DNA from: an uncultured Bacteroidales bacterium
GTDB lineage: Bacteria > Bacteroidota > Bacteroidia > Bacteroidales > Muribaculaceae
Direction of reading: 5' to 3'
Length of the DNA: 64,000 nt
NCBI GenBank assembly: GCA_949289215.1
Contig: CASENC010000038.1
Span: forward strand, 22,319 to 86,318
Shown: in pieces, positions 7,949 through 17,060 of the stretch
Position numbering within the stretch: the stretch's first letter is position 1
Layout: each line of letters opens with the position of its first letter
Notes under the pieces: model-generated
Told to the model about the DNA's origin: nothing
Databases searched by the model: none
The model's input: only the letters and a program-made list of their open reading frames with translations
Made by a program: the position numbers and the translations under genes

Positions 7949-9058
7949 ATGGAAGAAAAACTGATTACGGTGACTTCTCCGTTGATGCCATCGTTGGATG
8001 AACTGAATGTTTATTTGCAGGACATCTGGAACCGCAAATGGATAACCAATAACGGATATTACCATAAGGAATTGGAAAAAGCCTTGTGCGAATATTTGGG
8101 TGTGCCTTATATCAGCTTGTTTACCAACGGTACGCTTCCGCTTATTACAGCCTTGCAAGCTTTGCGCATAACGGGCGAGGTGATTACCACACCTTTCAGC
8201 TTTGTGGCCACCACACACTCGTTGTGGTGGAACGGCATAAAGCCGGTGTTTGTGGACATTGACCCGGAGACTTGCAACCTCGACCCCGACAAGATAGAAG
8301 CTGCCATCACACCGCGCACCACGGCCATCATGCCTGTGCATGTGTATGGCCGTCCGTGTGATACAAAGCGCATACAAGATATAGCCGATAAATATGGGCT
8401 GAAGGTGATTTATGATGCGGCTCATGCCTTCGGTGTGAAAGTGAACGGGGAAAGCGTGTTGAATGCCGGCGACTTGTCAACGCTCAGCTTCCATGCCACC
8501 AAGGTTTACAACACTGTTGAAGGCGGTGCACTGGTGATGCACGACGAGCAGACGAAAAAGCGTATCGATTATTTGAAAAACTTCGGTTTTGCCGGTGAAA
8601 CCACGGTGGTGGCACCAGGAATCAACAGCAAGATGGACGAGGTGCGTGCGGCATACGGCTTGGTTAATTTAAAGCAGGTTGACCGGGCTATTGAGGCTCG
8701 CCACCATGTGGCCGATGCTTATCGTAAGGCATTGAACGGGGTGCCGGGCATCAGATTGATGGACGATGTGCCCGGTGTGCGGCATAATTATGCCTATTTC
8801 CCCATATTTGTTGATGCCGAGCAATATGGCATGAGTCGCGACGAACTGTATTTCAAGATGAAAGAGCATAATGTGCTTGGTCGTCGTTACTTCTACCCGC
8901 TGATAAGCACGTTCAGCACCTACCGCGGACTTGAATCGGCGCATCCCGACAACCTGCCTGTGGCGACACGCATTGCCGAGCAGGTGATTTGCCTGCCAAT
9001 GTATTACGGGCTTACCGACGAGGATGTGGAAAGGATTATAAAATTGATAGTAAAATGA
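7949..9058 (+). CDS. DegT/DnrJ/EryC1/StrS sugar aminotransferase
   Basis: PLP-lysine motif LSFHATKVYNTVEGGAL, MPVHVYG and ICLPMY are typical of NDP-ketosugar aminotransferases. Confidence 0.85.
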   Translation: MEEKLITVTSPLMPSLDELNVYLQDIWNRKWITNNGYYHKELEKALCEYLGVPYISLFTNGTLPLITALQALRITGEVITTPFSFVATTHSLWWNGIKPVFVDIDPETCNLDPDKIEAAITPRTTAIMPVHVYGRPCDTKRIQDIADKYGLKVIYDAAHAFGVKVNGESVLNAGDLSTLSFHATKVYNTVEGGALVMHDEQTKKRIDYLKNFGFAGETTVVAPGINSKMDEVRAAYGLVNLKQVDRAIEARHHVADAYRKALNGVPGIRLMDDVPGVRHNYAYFPIFVDAEQYGMSRDELYFKMKEHNVLGRRYFYPLISTFSTYRGLESAHPDNLPVATRIAEQVICLPMYYGLTDEDVERIIKLIVK

Positions 9059-9750
9059 AACTGGGAATAATGCAACCTTATTTTATGCCTTATATTGGGT
9101 ATTTTCAATTGATGAAGGCTGTTGATAAGTATGTGATTTACAATGATGTAAATTATATAAAAGGCGGATGGGTTGCGAGAAATAATATTCTGATACAAGA
9201 GCAGAAACAACTTTTTATTATACAGTTACAGGGGGCAAGTCCAAATAAATGTTTTAATGAGATTCATATTTTAGACAATTTCAAGAAATTCAGGAAAACA
9301 TTGGAAATGAATTATTCTAAAGCACCTTGTTTCATTCAGGCAATGGAACTTATGGATAAAATATTCTCTTTTCCGAATAAGAGGTTGGATTTGTTTATTC
9401 AAAATAGTTTTAAGCAAATTTTATCTTATCTGAATATCGATACAGAATTGATATTGTCTTCCGATATAGCAAAAGATAATTCACTTAAAGGCAAAGATAA
9501 AGTACTTGAAATAAGCAAACTTCTTGATGCAGATACTTACTATAACGCAATAGGTGGTAAAGATTTGTATGATAAGAAAGAATTTGCAGACAATGGGATT
9601 TCGCTTCGTTTCTTGAAAACGAACGATACGTTACATTATATGCAATTCCCTGATATTGATTTTGTGCCTAATCTGTCGATTATTGATGTTTTGATGTTCA
9701 ATTCTGTTAAGGAAACTAATAAACTATTAGACAATTATATATTAGAATGA
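9055..9750 (+). CDS. WbqC-family protein
   Basis: MKLGIMQPYFMPYIGYFQLM is the characteristic WbqC N-terminus. An ATGA overlap joins it to the upstream gene. Confidence 0.75.
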   Translation: MKLGIMQPYFMPYIGYFQLMKAVDKYVIYNDVNYIKGGWVARNNILIQEQKQLFIIQLQGASPNKCFNEIHILDNFKKFRKTLEMNYSKAPCFIQAMELMDKIFSFPNKRLDLFIQNSFKQILSYLNIDTELILSSDIAKDNSLKGKDKVLEISKLLDADTYYNAIGGKDLYDKKEFADNGISLRFLKTNDTLHYMQFPDIDFVPNLSIIDVLMFNSVKETNKLLDNYILE

Positions 9751-10697
9751 CAGATAATGGCATTGGTGGTTATTTTGAGCTAGAATTAAGGAAAGGTGCT
9801 GAATTTCATAATGGCGCAATCTGTTTAAATACGGCTCGAAATTGTTTTGAATATATATTATTAGCCCGCAAATATAAGAAAGTTTATATTCCATATTACA
9901 CGTGTGATGTAATACTTCAGCCTTTGCAAAAATTAAATGTAGAATATGAGTTTTACCATATAGGAAGAAATTTTGAACCCTTAGATGATATAAGACTCAA
10001 AGAAGGTGAAGCATATTTATATACAAATTATTTTGGCTTGAAACAATCTTGCGTGGAAAGGTTGGCATCTGTTTATGATGCACGGTTAATAGTTGACAAT
10101 GCGCAAGCTTTTTATTCCCCACGGGTAAGCGGTATTGATACATTCTATTCTCCTCGGAAATTTTTTGGGGTTGCAGATGGTGGATATTTATATACCGATT
10201 GCTATTTGGATATGAATTTCCCTTTAGACAAATCTTACAAACGCATGAATCATCTGCTCGTTAGAATGGAAGACGGTGCCGAGGCTGGATATGCATTGTT
10301 TAAAAGTACAGAAGATAGTTTGGGTAATCAGCAAATATGTAGAATGTCTATATTGACGGACAGTTTGTTGCGCAATGTAGATTATGTTTCTACAAGGCAG
10401 CAAAGATTGGCTAATTTTAACTTCTTGCATGAAAAGCTCAGAAGTACTAATCGACTGGCTTTTGAACTGGCTGACGGTGATTGTCCTATGGTTTATCCTT
10501 ATTATACAGATAGTGTATCATTAAGAAGTAAACTTATTGCAAACAAGGTTTTCGTAGCAAAATATTGGCCTAATGTGTTCGAATGGGCAGGGGAATATTC
10601 TCTTGAAGCACAGATGGCAAACCATATTCTCCCTTTGCCCATAGACCAGCGTTATGGTAAAGAGGAAATGAAACGGATAGTAAGATTACTAATTTGA
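9747..10697 (+). CDS. DegT-like PLP-fold enzyme (second putative sugar aminotransferase)
   Basis: FYSPRKFFGVADGGYL resembles the SFxxxK...GG PLP-lysine box. ATGA overlap with wbqC. Confidence 0.5.
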   Translation: MTDNGIGGYFELELRKGAEFHNGAICLNTARNCFEYILLARKYKKVYIPYYTCDVILQPLQKLNVEYEFYHIGRNFEPLDDIRLKEGEAYLYTNYFGLKQSCVERLASVYDARLIVDNAQAFYSPRVSGIDTFYSPRKFFGVADGGYLYTDCYLDMNFPLDKSYKRMNHLLVRMEDGAEAGYALFKSTEDSLGNQQICRMSILTDSLLRNVDYVSTRQQRLANFNFLHEKLRSTNRLAFELADGDCPMVYPYYTDSVSLRSKLIANKVFVAKYWPNVFEWAGEYSLEAQMANHILPLPIDQRYGKEEMKRIVRLLI

Positions 10698-10710
10698 GGA
10701 ATTTGAATTT

Positions 10711-11385
10711 ATGGAGAAGATAATAATTATTGGTGGACGAGGTACGGCAATTGTAATTGCCGATCAAATAGCAGATGCACAAAAACGATTTAATGCTCCT
10801 ATCGAAATGATAGGCTTGGCTTTAGATGATCTCTCTGGAGGAGACTCTATTTCAGGCTATCCAATATTGTGTGGTATCAAAGAACTATATGAAAAATACG
10901 GCAAATATGGCGATATTAAGTTCCTATATTCCTTGTATCGTCCTGATTGCATGGATGAACGCACAAAAATCTTATATGATTTGAATATTCCGAAGGAGAA
11001 GTTCACGAATTTTATCCATCCTTCGGTGATGCTTGCAAAATCAGCTATTATCGGCATTGGAAATGTTTTCTTGGCTAATGTCGTTGTTAATAGTAATGCT
11101 GTCATTGGCAATTTTAATACGGTCAATTCTGGTACACTTTTAGGACATGATATAAAAATTGGTGATAACAATTATTTTGCAGGTCAGGTATGTGTTGGAA
11201 GTGGTTTACATATAGGCAACCGTAATTTCTTTGGTTTGAATACGTCCATACGAAATGGAATTAGTATTGGAGATAGCAATGTTGTGGGAATGGCTTCTAA
11301 TATAACAAAGGATGTGACTGATCATAATGTGTTGTATGGGAATCCTGCTCAAATCAAACCTAAACTGAATCATATTATACGTTAA
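10711..11385 (+). CDS. NeuD/PglB/VioB-type left-handed beta-helix sugar N-acyl(acetyl)transferase
   Basis: N-terminal Rossmann-like IIIIGGRGTAIVIADQI, followed by hexapeptide repeats (IGNVFLANVVVNSNAVIGNFNTVNSG...IGDNNYF). Confidence 0.75.
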   Translation: MEKIIIIGGRGTAIVIADQIADAQKRFNAPIEMIGLALDDLSGGDSISGYPILCGIKELYEKYGKYGDIKFLYSLYRPDCMDERTKILYDLNIPKEKFTNFIHPSVMLAKSAIIGIGNVFLANVVVNSNAVIGNFNTVNSGTLLGHDIKIGDNNYFAGQVCVGSGLHIGNRNFFGLNTSIRNGISIGDSNVVGMASNITKDVTDHNVLYGNPAQIKPKLNHIIR

Positions 11386-11497
11386 TGTCTTGTGATTAGG
11401 GAATCTTGTAATTAAGTATGATTTTGGCCGAAAAATTTTTCTACTTTAATGAATAGCCGAAATAAAAATCTAAACATTTATCTGTAATGTGTTTGTT

Positions 11498-11956
11498 ATG
11501 AAACAATCTATTTTAGGTCTATATTATGAGGATTTTGAGGTAGGTTCCGAAATCCATCATTCGCTATCAAAGACTATCTTCGAGAGCGATAATAATTTCT
11601 TTTCGCTTCTGACAATGAATCATCATCCTGTACATACCAATATGGATTATGCTTCTAAGAATCAGCATGGACGTATATTGGTGGTAGGAACATTGGTGTT
11701 TTCTTTGGCAGTTGGCATTACTGTTCCTGATATTAGCGGGAAAGCGATTGCTAATTTGGAATATGAAGAGATTAGGCATTTGAATCCGGTATTCCTGAAT
11801 GATACGATTTATGTGCGTACAAGGATATTGGATAAGCGTGAATCGAAGTCCAAATCTGACCGCGGAATAATTTATGTAGAGTCTATTGCTTATAATCAGG
11901 ATGGGGTGGATGTCTTGTCTTTTAAACGGAAAGTATTGGTAAAAAAAAGAAATTGA
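11498..11956 (+). CDS. MaoC-like hot-dog fold (enoyl-CoA) hydratase/dehydratase
   Basis: FEVGSEIHHSLSKTIFESDNNFFSLLTMNHHPVHTN matches the MaoC dehydratase signature region. About 150 aa. Confidence 0.7.
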   Translation: MKQSILGLYYEDFEVGSEIHHSLSKTIFESDNNFFSLLTMNHHPVHTNMDYASKNQHGRILVVGTLVFSLAVGITVPDISGKAIANLEYEEIRHLNPVFLNDTIYVRTRILDKRESKSKSDRGIIYVESIAYNQDGVDVLSFKRKVLVKKRN

Positions 11957-12846
11957 TGGCTATGGATGAAACTTATTTGATGCGTAGTCTGATGTTTGTG
12001 CCCGCACATAATCAAAGGTTGCTGGATAGCGCAGTAAAACGTGATGCAGACGTATTGTTGCTTGACATAGAAGATTCTGTGCCTTATTGCGAAAAGCAAA
12101 ACGCTCGTGATAATATAAAGGAGTTTGTCAAGCGTTCGGATTTGAATGGTAAGTTACTGTTCCCAAGGGTGAACGATCGTGAAAGCGGCGAATTGTTGAA
12201 AGATGCTTACCAACTGACAATAGATGGAATAGCAGGCTTTATGTATCCGAAATCTACGAAAGGAGAAGACGTCTATTTCTTTGGAAAACTATTGGAAACC
12301 ATTGAATATGAAAAGAAACTACCTATAGGGACATTTAAGATAATCCCTTTGATTGAGACAACAGGAGCTGTTATCAATATTAAAGAAATTTGTCAGGCAT
12401 GTACCCGTGTTATTGCTGTTGCGTTTGGGTGTGAGGATTTCGTAACTGACTTACGTGGTAAGCATGATATAGAAGGACAAAGTATTATGATGGCACGGAA
12501 CCTTATTAGCATAGGTGCAAGAAGTTGCGGTATTTTGCCAATAGACACAGTGCATATACGAGTGCATGATTTGGAAGATTTGGAGAAGAACCTTATTATA
12601 AGCAAGCGACTTGGTTTTGAAGGAATGCTAGTTCTTAATCCTAAAGAATTGCCTTTGGTGCACCAATATTATTCCCCGACTTCAGAAGAAGTGGCTTGGG
12701 CTGAGGAAATGCTTATGCTTTCGGAAGAAGCGAAAAATGAGGGCAAAGGTGTGGCTGTTAAAAATGGGAAATTTATTGGTCCGCCAATGGTTAAAATGGC
12801 AAAGAATATACTGAATAAGAAAGCATTGATAGATAGAAAAGGATGA
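11956..12846 (+). CDS. HpcH/HpaI aldolase / citrate lyase beta (CitE, malyl-CoA lyase-like) family protein
   Basis: RSLMFVPAHNQRLLDSAVKRDADVLLLDIEDSV is the CitE N-terminal signature. TGATG junction with the MaoC gene. Confidence 0.7.
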   Translation: MAMDETYLMRSLMFVPAHNQRLLDSAVKRDADVLLLDIEDSVPYCEKQNARDNIKEFVKRSDLNGKLLFPRVNDRESGELLKDAYQLTIDGIAGFMYPKSTKGEDVYFFGKLLETIEYEKKLPIGTFKIIPLIETTGAVINIKEICQACTRVIAVAFGCEDFVTDLRGKHDIEGQSIMMARNLISIGARSCGILPIDTVHIRVHDLEDLEKNLIISKRLGFEGMLVLNPKELPLVHQYYSPTSEEVAWAEEMLMLSEEAKNEGKGVAVKNGKFIGPPMVKMAKNILNKKALIDRKG

Positions 12847-13802
12847 TAGAGAAGAAAGAAACATTATCGTTGGTGGTGACTATCCGCTGTATGACTTATA
12901 ATCACGAGCGGTTTATCCGGCAATGCTTGGATGGTTTTGTGATGCAAAAGACGAATTTCCGCTTTGAGGTTATTGTGCACGATGATGCTTCTACCGATAA
13001 TACGGCTGCCATTATTCGCGAATATGCAGAGAAGTATCCGGATATTATTAAACCTATATATGAGACGGAAAACCAGTATTCCAAACAGGATGGAAGTTTA
13101 AGGCGGATATTGGATGCACACACTCATGGTAAGTATGTGGCGATGTGTGAGGGGGATGATTATTGGACCGACCCGTATAAGTTGCAGAAGCAGGTGGATT
13201 TCCTTGAAAGTCATCCCGACTATGTGATGTGTTCGCATCGCTTTGACCAATATATACAAGAAAAAGGGGTATTGGTAGAAGATGCCGATAAAGATTTCAA
13301 AGGGGCAGACTATGATTTGCAGAACTTGATAGGTGGCAAATGGCTTACCCAGACGCTGACTGTAATGTATCGCCGCAGTGCTCTTGACTTGAAACGATAT
13401 GAGCAATATGGCATGTCGATGGATATCATTCTGTTTTATGAGTTGCTCTTACACGGTAAAGGTTACTGCTTTCCCGAAGCAATGGGAGTTTATCGCTATC
13501 ATGATGGTGGTGTATGGTCGGAAGTTTCGCAAAATCGTCGTCGGCTGATAGAGTTCAAAGCCCGGCTGGCAATATATAGTGTAGAGCAATCGGATATGGC
13601 CGCCAGGTTTCTGCTATACCAGTTTGCAAAGGCAATGAGCCGCAAGTGGGTGCTTGAACAGTGGCGTATGATGGTGAAGGTGTTGCGTATATTGAAAAAA
13701 CATTATGGAAGCAAGCTTGTTGCCAAATTGATGTTTAACAAGTTGGTGCTGAACAAGAATATAAAATGGGAAGAAATATCGGGAATTAAAGCAATTTCGT
13801 AA
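12843..13802 (+). CDS. glycosyltransferase family 2
   Basis: LSLVVTIRCMTYNHERFIRQCLDGFVMQKTNFRFEVIVHDDASTDNT, with a DxD in EGDDYW. Confidence 0.8.
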   Translation: MIEKKETLSLVVTIRCMTYNHERFIRQCLDGFVMQKTNFRFEVIVHDDASTDNTAAIIREYAEKYPDIIKPIYETENQYSKQDGSLRRILDAHTHGKYVAMCEGDDYWTDPYKLQKQVDFLESHPDYVMCSHRFDQYIQEKGVLVEDADKDFKGADYDLQNLIGGKWLTQTLTVMYRRSALDLKRYEQYGMSMDIILFYELLLHGKGYCFPEAMGVYRYHDGGVWSEVSQNRRRLIEFKARLAIYSVEQSDMAARFLLYQFAKAMSRKWVLEQWRMMVKVLRILKKHYGSKLVAKLMFNKLVLNKNIKWEEISGIKAIS

Positions 13803-13868
13803 TGCATTTTGGAATTACTGGGATTTAATTCCTAACTACTAAATAAAACTTCGCGTAAACGAAAAAGG

Positions 13869-14876
13869 TTGAACCACTTTTTAATGGTTAATATGAAAAA
13901 TATAAATGGCATGAATAAGATTATTCGAAAAATCGCGTTTAAACTTTTTCATATAATAGGTTCATTATTCAATACAATTTTATTCTTGTTTGAGGATAAG
14001 AATAAAGTTTTGGTAGTAAATGGCTGGATGGAATTATATGGAAACGCCATTTTACATCAAAATTTAGGAGATGAACTAAATTATTATTTATTAAAGGAAC
14101 TAACAAACCGGAAAATTGTAAATTATAAAAACCTGTATATTAAGTGTATCAATTATTGCTGAGTCGGCTCGGTTATAGATTCGTTGACAGATAGCAATAC
14201 CATAATATGGGGAGCCGGTGTTATTACAGACAAGACGACATTGAATGAAGTCCCATTAAAAGTATGTGCTGTTCGTGGAGCCATAACAAGGAATTTCTTA
14301 TTGGCTGAAGGCATCCAATGTCCGGATGTGTATGGGGATCCGGCACTGTTGTTGCCATTAATATATGATGGTAATAGAATCGGTAAAAATAAGGAAGCGG
14401 CAAAGAAAATTGTAGGACTGATTCCTCATGTTGCAGATTTGAACAATGAAAATGTTCGCAGATTTGTAAATAATGACGGGGTTAAAATAATACGGTTGTG
14501 TGGATATAAACACTGGCATGATATAATCGACGAGATAACCCAATGCGACTTTATTATATCAAGTTCCCTGCATGGTGTGATAATATCAGATGCATATAAT
14601 ATACCGAATGTGTGGGTGGAATTTTCAAATAATGTAGTTGGTAACGGCTTTAAATTCCGTGATTATTATTCGTCGGTAAGAAATAGCATACCAAACCCCG
14701 TAAAAATATTAAATTCCACAAGCCTTGAGGAGCTGTTGGAGCATGAGAAATATTGGGAACCTATAAATATTGATTTAAATAAATTGCTTCAAGCATGTCC
14801 GTTTGAAATAAAAGAAGAATTTAGAAATAAAGGTAGGGAATGGAATCAAATAAGCAAAACGGATTGTCGGGACTGA
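13869..14876 (+). pseudogene. polysaccharide pyruvyl transferase interrupted by one in-frame TGA (14160-14162)
   Basis: ORFs 13869-14162 and 14184-14876 are in the same frame. Read through the TGA, the junction is ...INYC*VGSVIDS.... Motifs NLGDELN, IWGAGV, AVRG and ISSSLHGVIISDAYNIPNVWV fit PS_pyruv_trans. Confidence 0.65.
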
Positions 14877-15889
14877 TGCGCACAAAAAACGAAGCACCGC
14901 TTCTTGGCCCGTGTATCGACTCTTGTATAGATGCCTTGGATGAACTGATTGTCGTTTGCTTTGATTGTACCGACAATGCACTGGAGGTGCTTGAAGAGAA
15001 AAAGCGTCAATATCCCGATAAATTGAGGGTATTTGAGTATAATCATGATGTATTGGCATTTGATTTGACCCGTGAGGAATATGAGATAGCGAAGGCTTTA
15101 CCTGATGATTCTCCTCGCCTTTATTGCAATTTATGCAATTGGGGAATGTCGAAAGCCAGATATAAATATATAACCAAGATTGATGCCGATCAATTGTATT
15201 TTGCCGATGAACTGAAAAAGTGGAGAGATGTTTGCAGTGGGGATGTACCGATGAAATGGCATTTCAGCTTTATTTTCGGCTGGCTGTTTATGATGTACTT
15301 CACGGCCTATCGCCGATTGTCGGTTAAATGTGGAAAGCCCTGCTTGTGGATGCTTCCCGATTGGCTGGTGAAACTGCTTTTCAAGTATTATTCGAGTTAT
15401 TCGAAATGGTTGTTGCAACGTGGAAAAGCACTCATTGCCTTATCGGGCGTGAATGTATTTAAAGACGATCGATGGTATGTGACATTCGACGGTGTAAATA
15501 TCCATCCACCATATAATGGCGAAGGCGATACCGTGATATTTAAAGTTTCAGATCAGACGTATTGGGGCAAGTACCCAAGGGAAAGGGAACCTTATTCGGT
15601 GACAGAAGTATTTGTCAATAAGTCGTGTCGAAAGATTATGTTCACTTACCCCATGTGGTTTCACCTTCATGCCAACCGAAAATACTGCTGCGATAAGGTG
15701 AAGAAGATGAAAGACGAGCATCCTGAATGTTTTGTACCGGTAGAGGATTTCCCGTCGATGACATACAGGCAGGTACTCGACAAAATGGACAAGAAAGCTC
15801 ACACGCTGTTCCAAATGACATTGTTTGCCTTGATACATAAAATAGGAAAAAATGTAATTACGAAGCATGTAAATATGCTGACTTTGTGA
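14840..15889 (+). CDS. GT-A fold glycosyltransferase (GT2-like, KNE-motif subgroup)
   Basis: MRTKNEAPLLGPCIDSCIDALDELIVV and KIDADQ (DxD-like). An alternative start at 14876 would give a TGATG junction. Confidence 0.5.
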   Translation: MESNKQNGLSGLMRTKNEAPLLGPCIDSCIDALDELIVVCFDCTDNALEVLEEKKRQYPDKLRVFEYNHDVLAFDLTREEYEIAKALPDDSPRLYCNLCNWGMSKARYKYITKIDADQLYFADELKKWRDVCSGDVPMKWHFSFIFGWLFMMYFTAYRRLSVKCGKPCLWMLPDWLVKLLFKYYSSYSKWLLQRGKALIALSGVNVFKDDRWYVTFDGVNIHPPYNGEGDTVIFKVSDQTYWGKYPREREPYSVTEVFVNKSCRKIMFTYPMWFHLHANRKYCCDKVKKMKDEHPECFVPVEDFPSMTYRQVLDKMDKKAHTLFQMTLFALIHKIGKNVITKHVNMLTL

Positions 15890-15920
15890 AAGTGATTATG
15901 AAACACGTAATACTTATATC

Positions 15921-17060
15921 ATGAAACAATATGATTATTTGGTAGTCGGCTCGGGGCTGTTTGGGGCAACGTTTGCTTATTTGGCTCATAAGCATGGCAA
16001 GCGGTGCCTGGTTATAGACAAGCGCACACATCTTGGCGGGAATGTGTATTGCGAGAATGTGGATGGGATAAATGTGCACAAATATGGCGCACATATTTTC
16101 CACACGTCTGACAAGGAGATTTGGCAATTTGTCAATTCGATTGTAGAGTTTAATCGTTATACCAATAGTCCGGTAGCCAACTATAAAGGCAAGTTGTATA
16201 ACCTGCCGTTTAATATGAACACGTTCTACCAAATGTGGGGCGTGAAAACTCCGGCCGAGGCGGCAAGCAAGATAGAAAGCCAAAGGCAGGAGGTGAGGGA
16301 GGCACTGGCCTTGCAAGGGACGACGGAACCCCGCAACCTCGAAGAACAGGCGCTGTTGCTCGTGGGAAAGGATATATTTGAGGCTTTGGTAAAAGGATAT
16401 ACCGAGAAGCAATGGGGACGAAAGTGTACCGAACTTCCGGCATTTATCATCAAGCGACTGCCTGTGCGCCTGATATTTGACAACAATTATTTCAACGATA
16501 AATATCAAGGCATTCCCATTGGCGGTTACAACAGGCTGATTGCCGGCCTGCTGGATGGCATTGAAACGCGGACCGGGGTGGATTTCTTTGAGAATCGTGC
16601 CTATTGGGAGGGCTTGGCCGGCAAGATAGTGTTCACGGGAAAGATTGACGAATATTTTGATTATTGTTTCGGGAAGCTGGAATATCGCACGGTGCGTTTT
16701 GAAGAGGAACGGCTCGACATTGCCAATTATCAGGGTAATGCGGTGGTGAATTATACCGACAGGGATATCCCGTACACAAGGATTATCGAACATAAGCATT
16801 TCGAGATGTTCGGGCAACAGGTGTATGATTGCACCCATACCGTCATCAGCCGAGAGTATTCCACCGAGTGGAAAGAGGGGATGGAACCTTATTATCCGGT
16901 AAACGACGATAGGAACAGTGCCTTGTATGCACGTTATAAGGAATTGGTAGATCGTGAGCAGGGGGTAATCTTTGGCGGACGGTTGGCCGAATATAAGTAT
17001 TATGACATGGCTCCGGTGATGGCGGCTGCATTTAAACAATTTGAAAAAGAGGAACGGTAA
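15921..17060 (+). CDS. glf: UDP-galactopyranose mutase
   Basis: YDYLVVGSGLFGATFA FAD-binding motif, HKYGAHIFHT, and the C-terminal FGGRLAEYKYYDM. Confidence 0.93.
   Translation: MKQYDYLVVGSGLFGATFAYLAHKHGKRCLVIDKRTHLGGNVYCENVDGINVHKYGAHIFHTSDKEIWQFVNSIVEFNRYTNSPVANYKGKLYNLPFNMNTFYQMWGVKTPAEAASKIESQRQEVREALALQGTTEPRNLEEQALLLVGKDIFEALVKGYTEKQWGRKCTELPAFIIKRLPVRLIFDNNYFNDKYQGIPIGGYNRLIAGLLDGIETRTGVDFFENRAYWEGLAGKIVFTGKIDEYFDYCFGKLEYRTVRFEEERLDIANYQGNAVVNYTDRDIPYTRIIEHKHFEMFGQQVYDCTHTVISREYSTEWKEGMEPYYPVNDDRNSALYARYKELVDREQGVIFGGRLAEYKYYDMAPVMAAAFKQFEKEER

Noticed and set aside
14160-14162. In-frame TGA in the pyruvyl transferase as a selenocysteine or stop-codon reassignment.
   Set aside because: Many neighbouring genes terminate with TGA, so there is no reassignment. 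I see no SECIS-like hairpin just downstream, and pyruvyl transferases are not known selenoproteins. A nonsense mutation or sequencing error is more parsimonious.
15858-17039. 393-aa minus-strand ORF. Similar long minus-strand ORFs lie at 3155-4090, 47482-48942, 54744-56264, 51476-52633, 43806-44870, 45196-46332, 37486-38595 and 32547-33608.
   Set aside because: Each lies entirely antisense to a + strand gene with strong family motifs (glf, integrase, uvrA, ftcD/hutU, the Pif1-like helicase, purA, DUF1015, the lipoprotein, wzc). Their translations are low-complexity or His/Arg-rich with no recognisable motifs. They are shadow ORFs.
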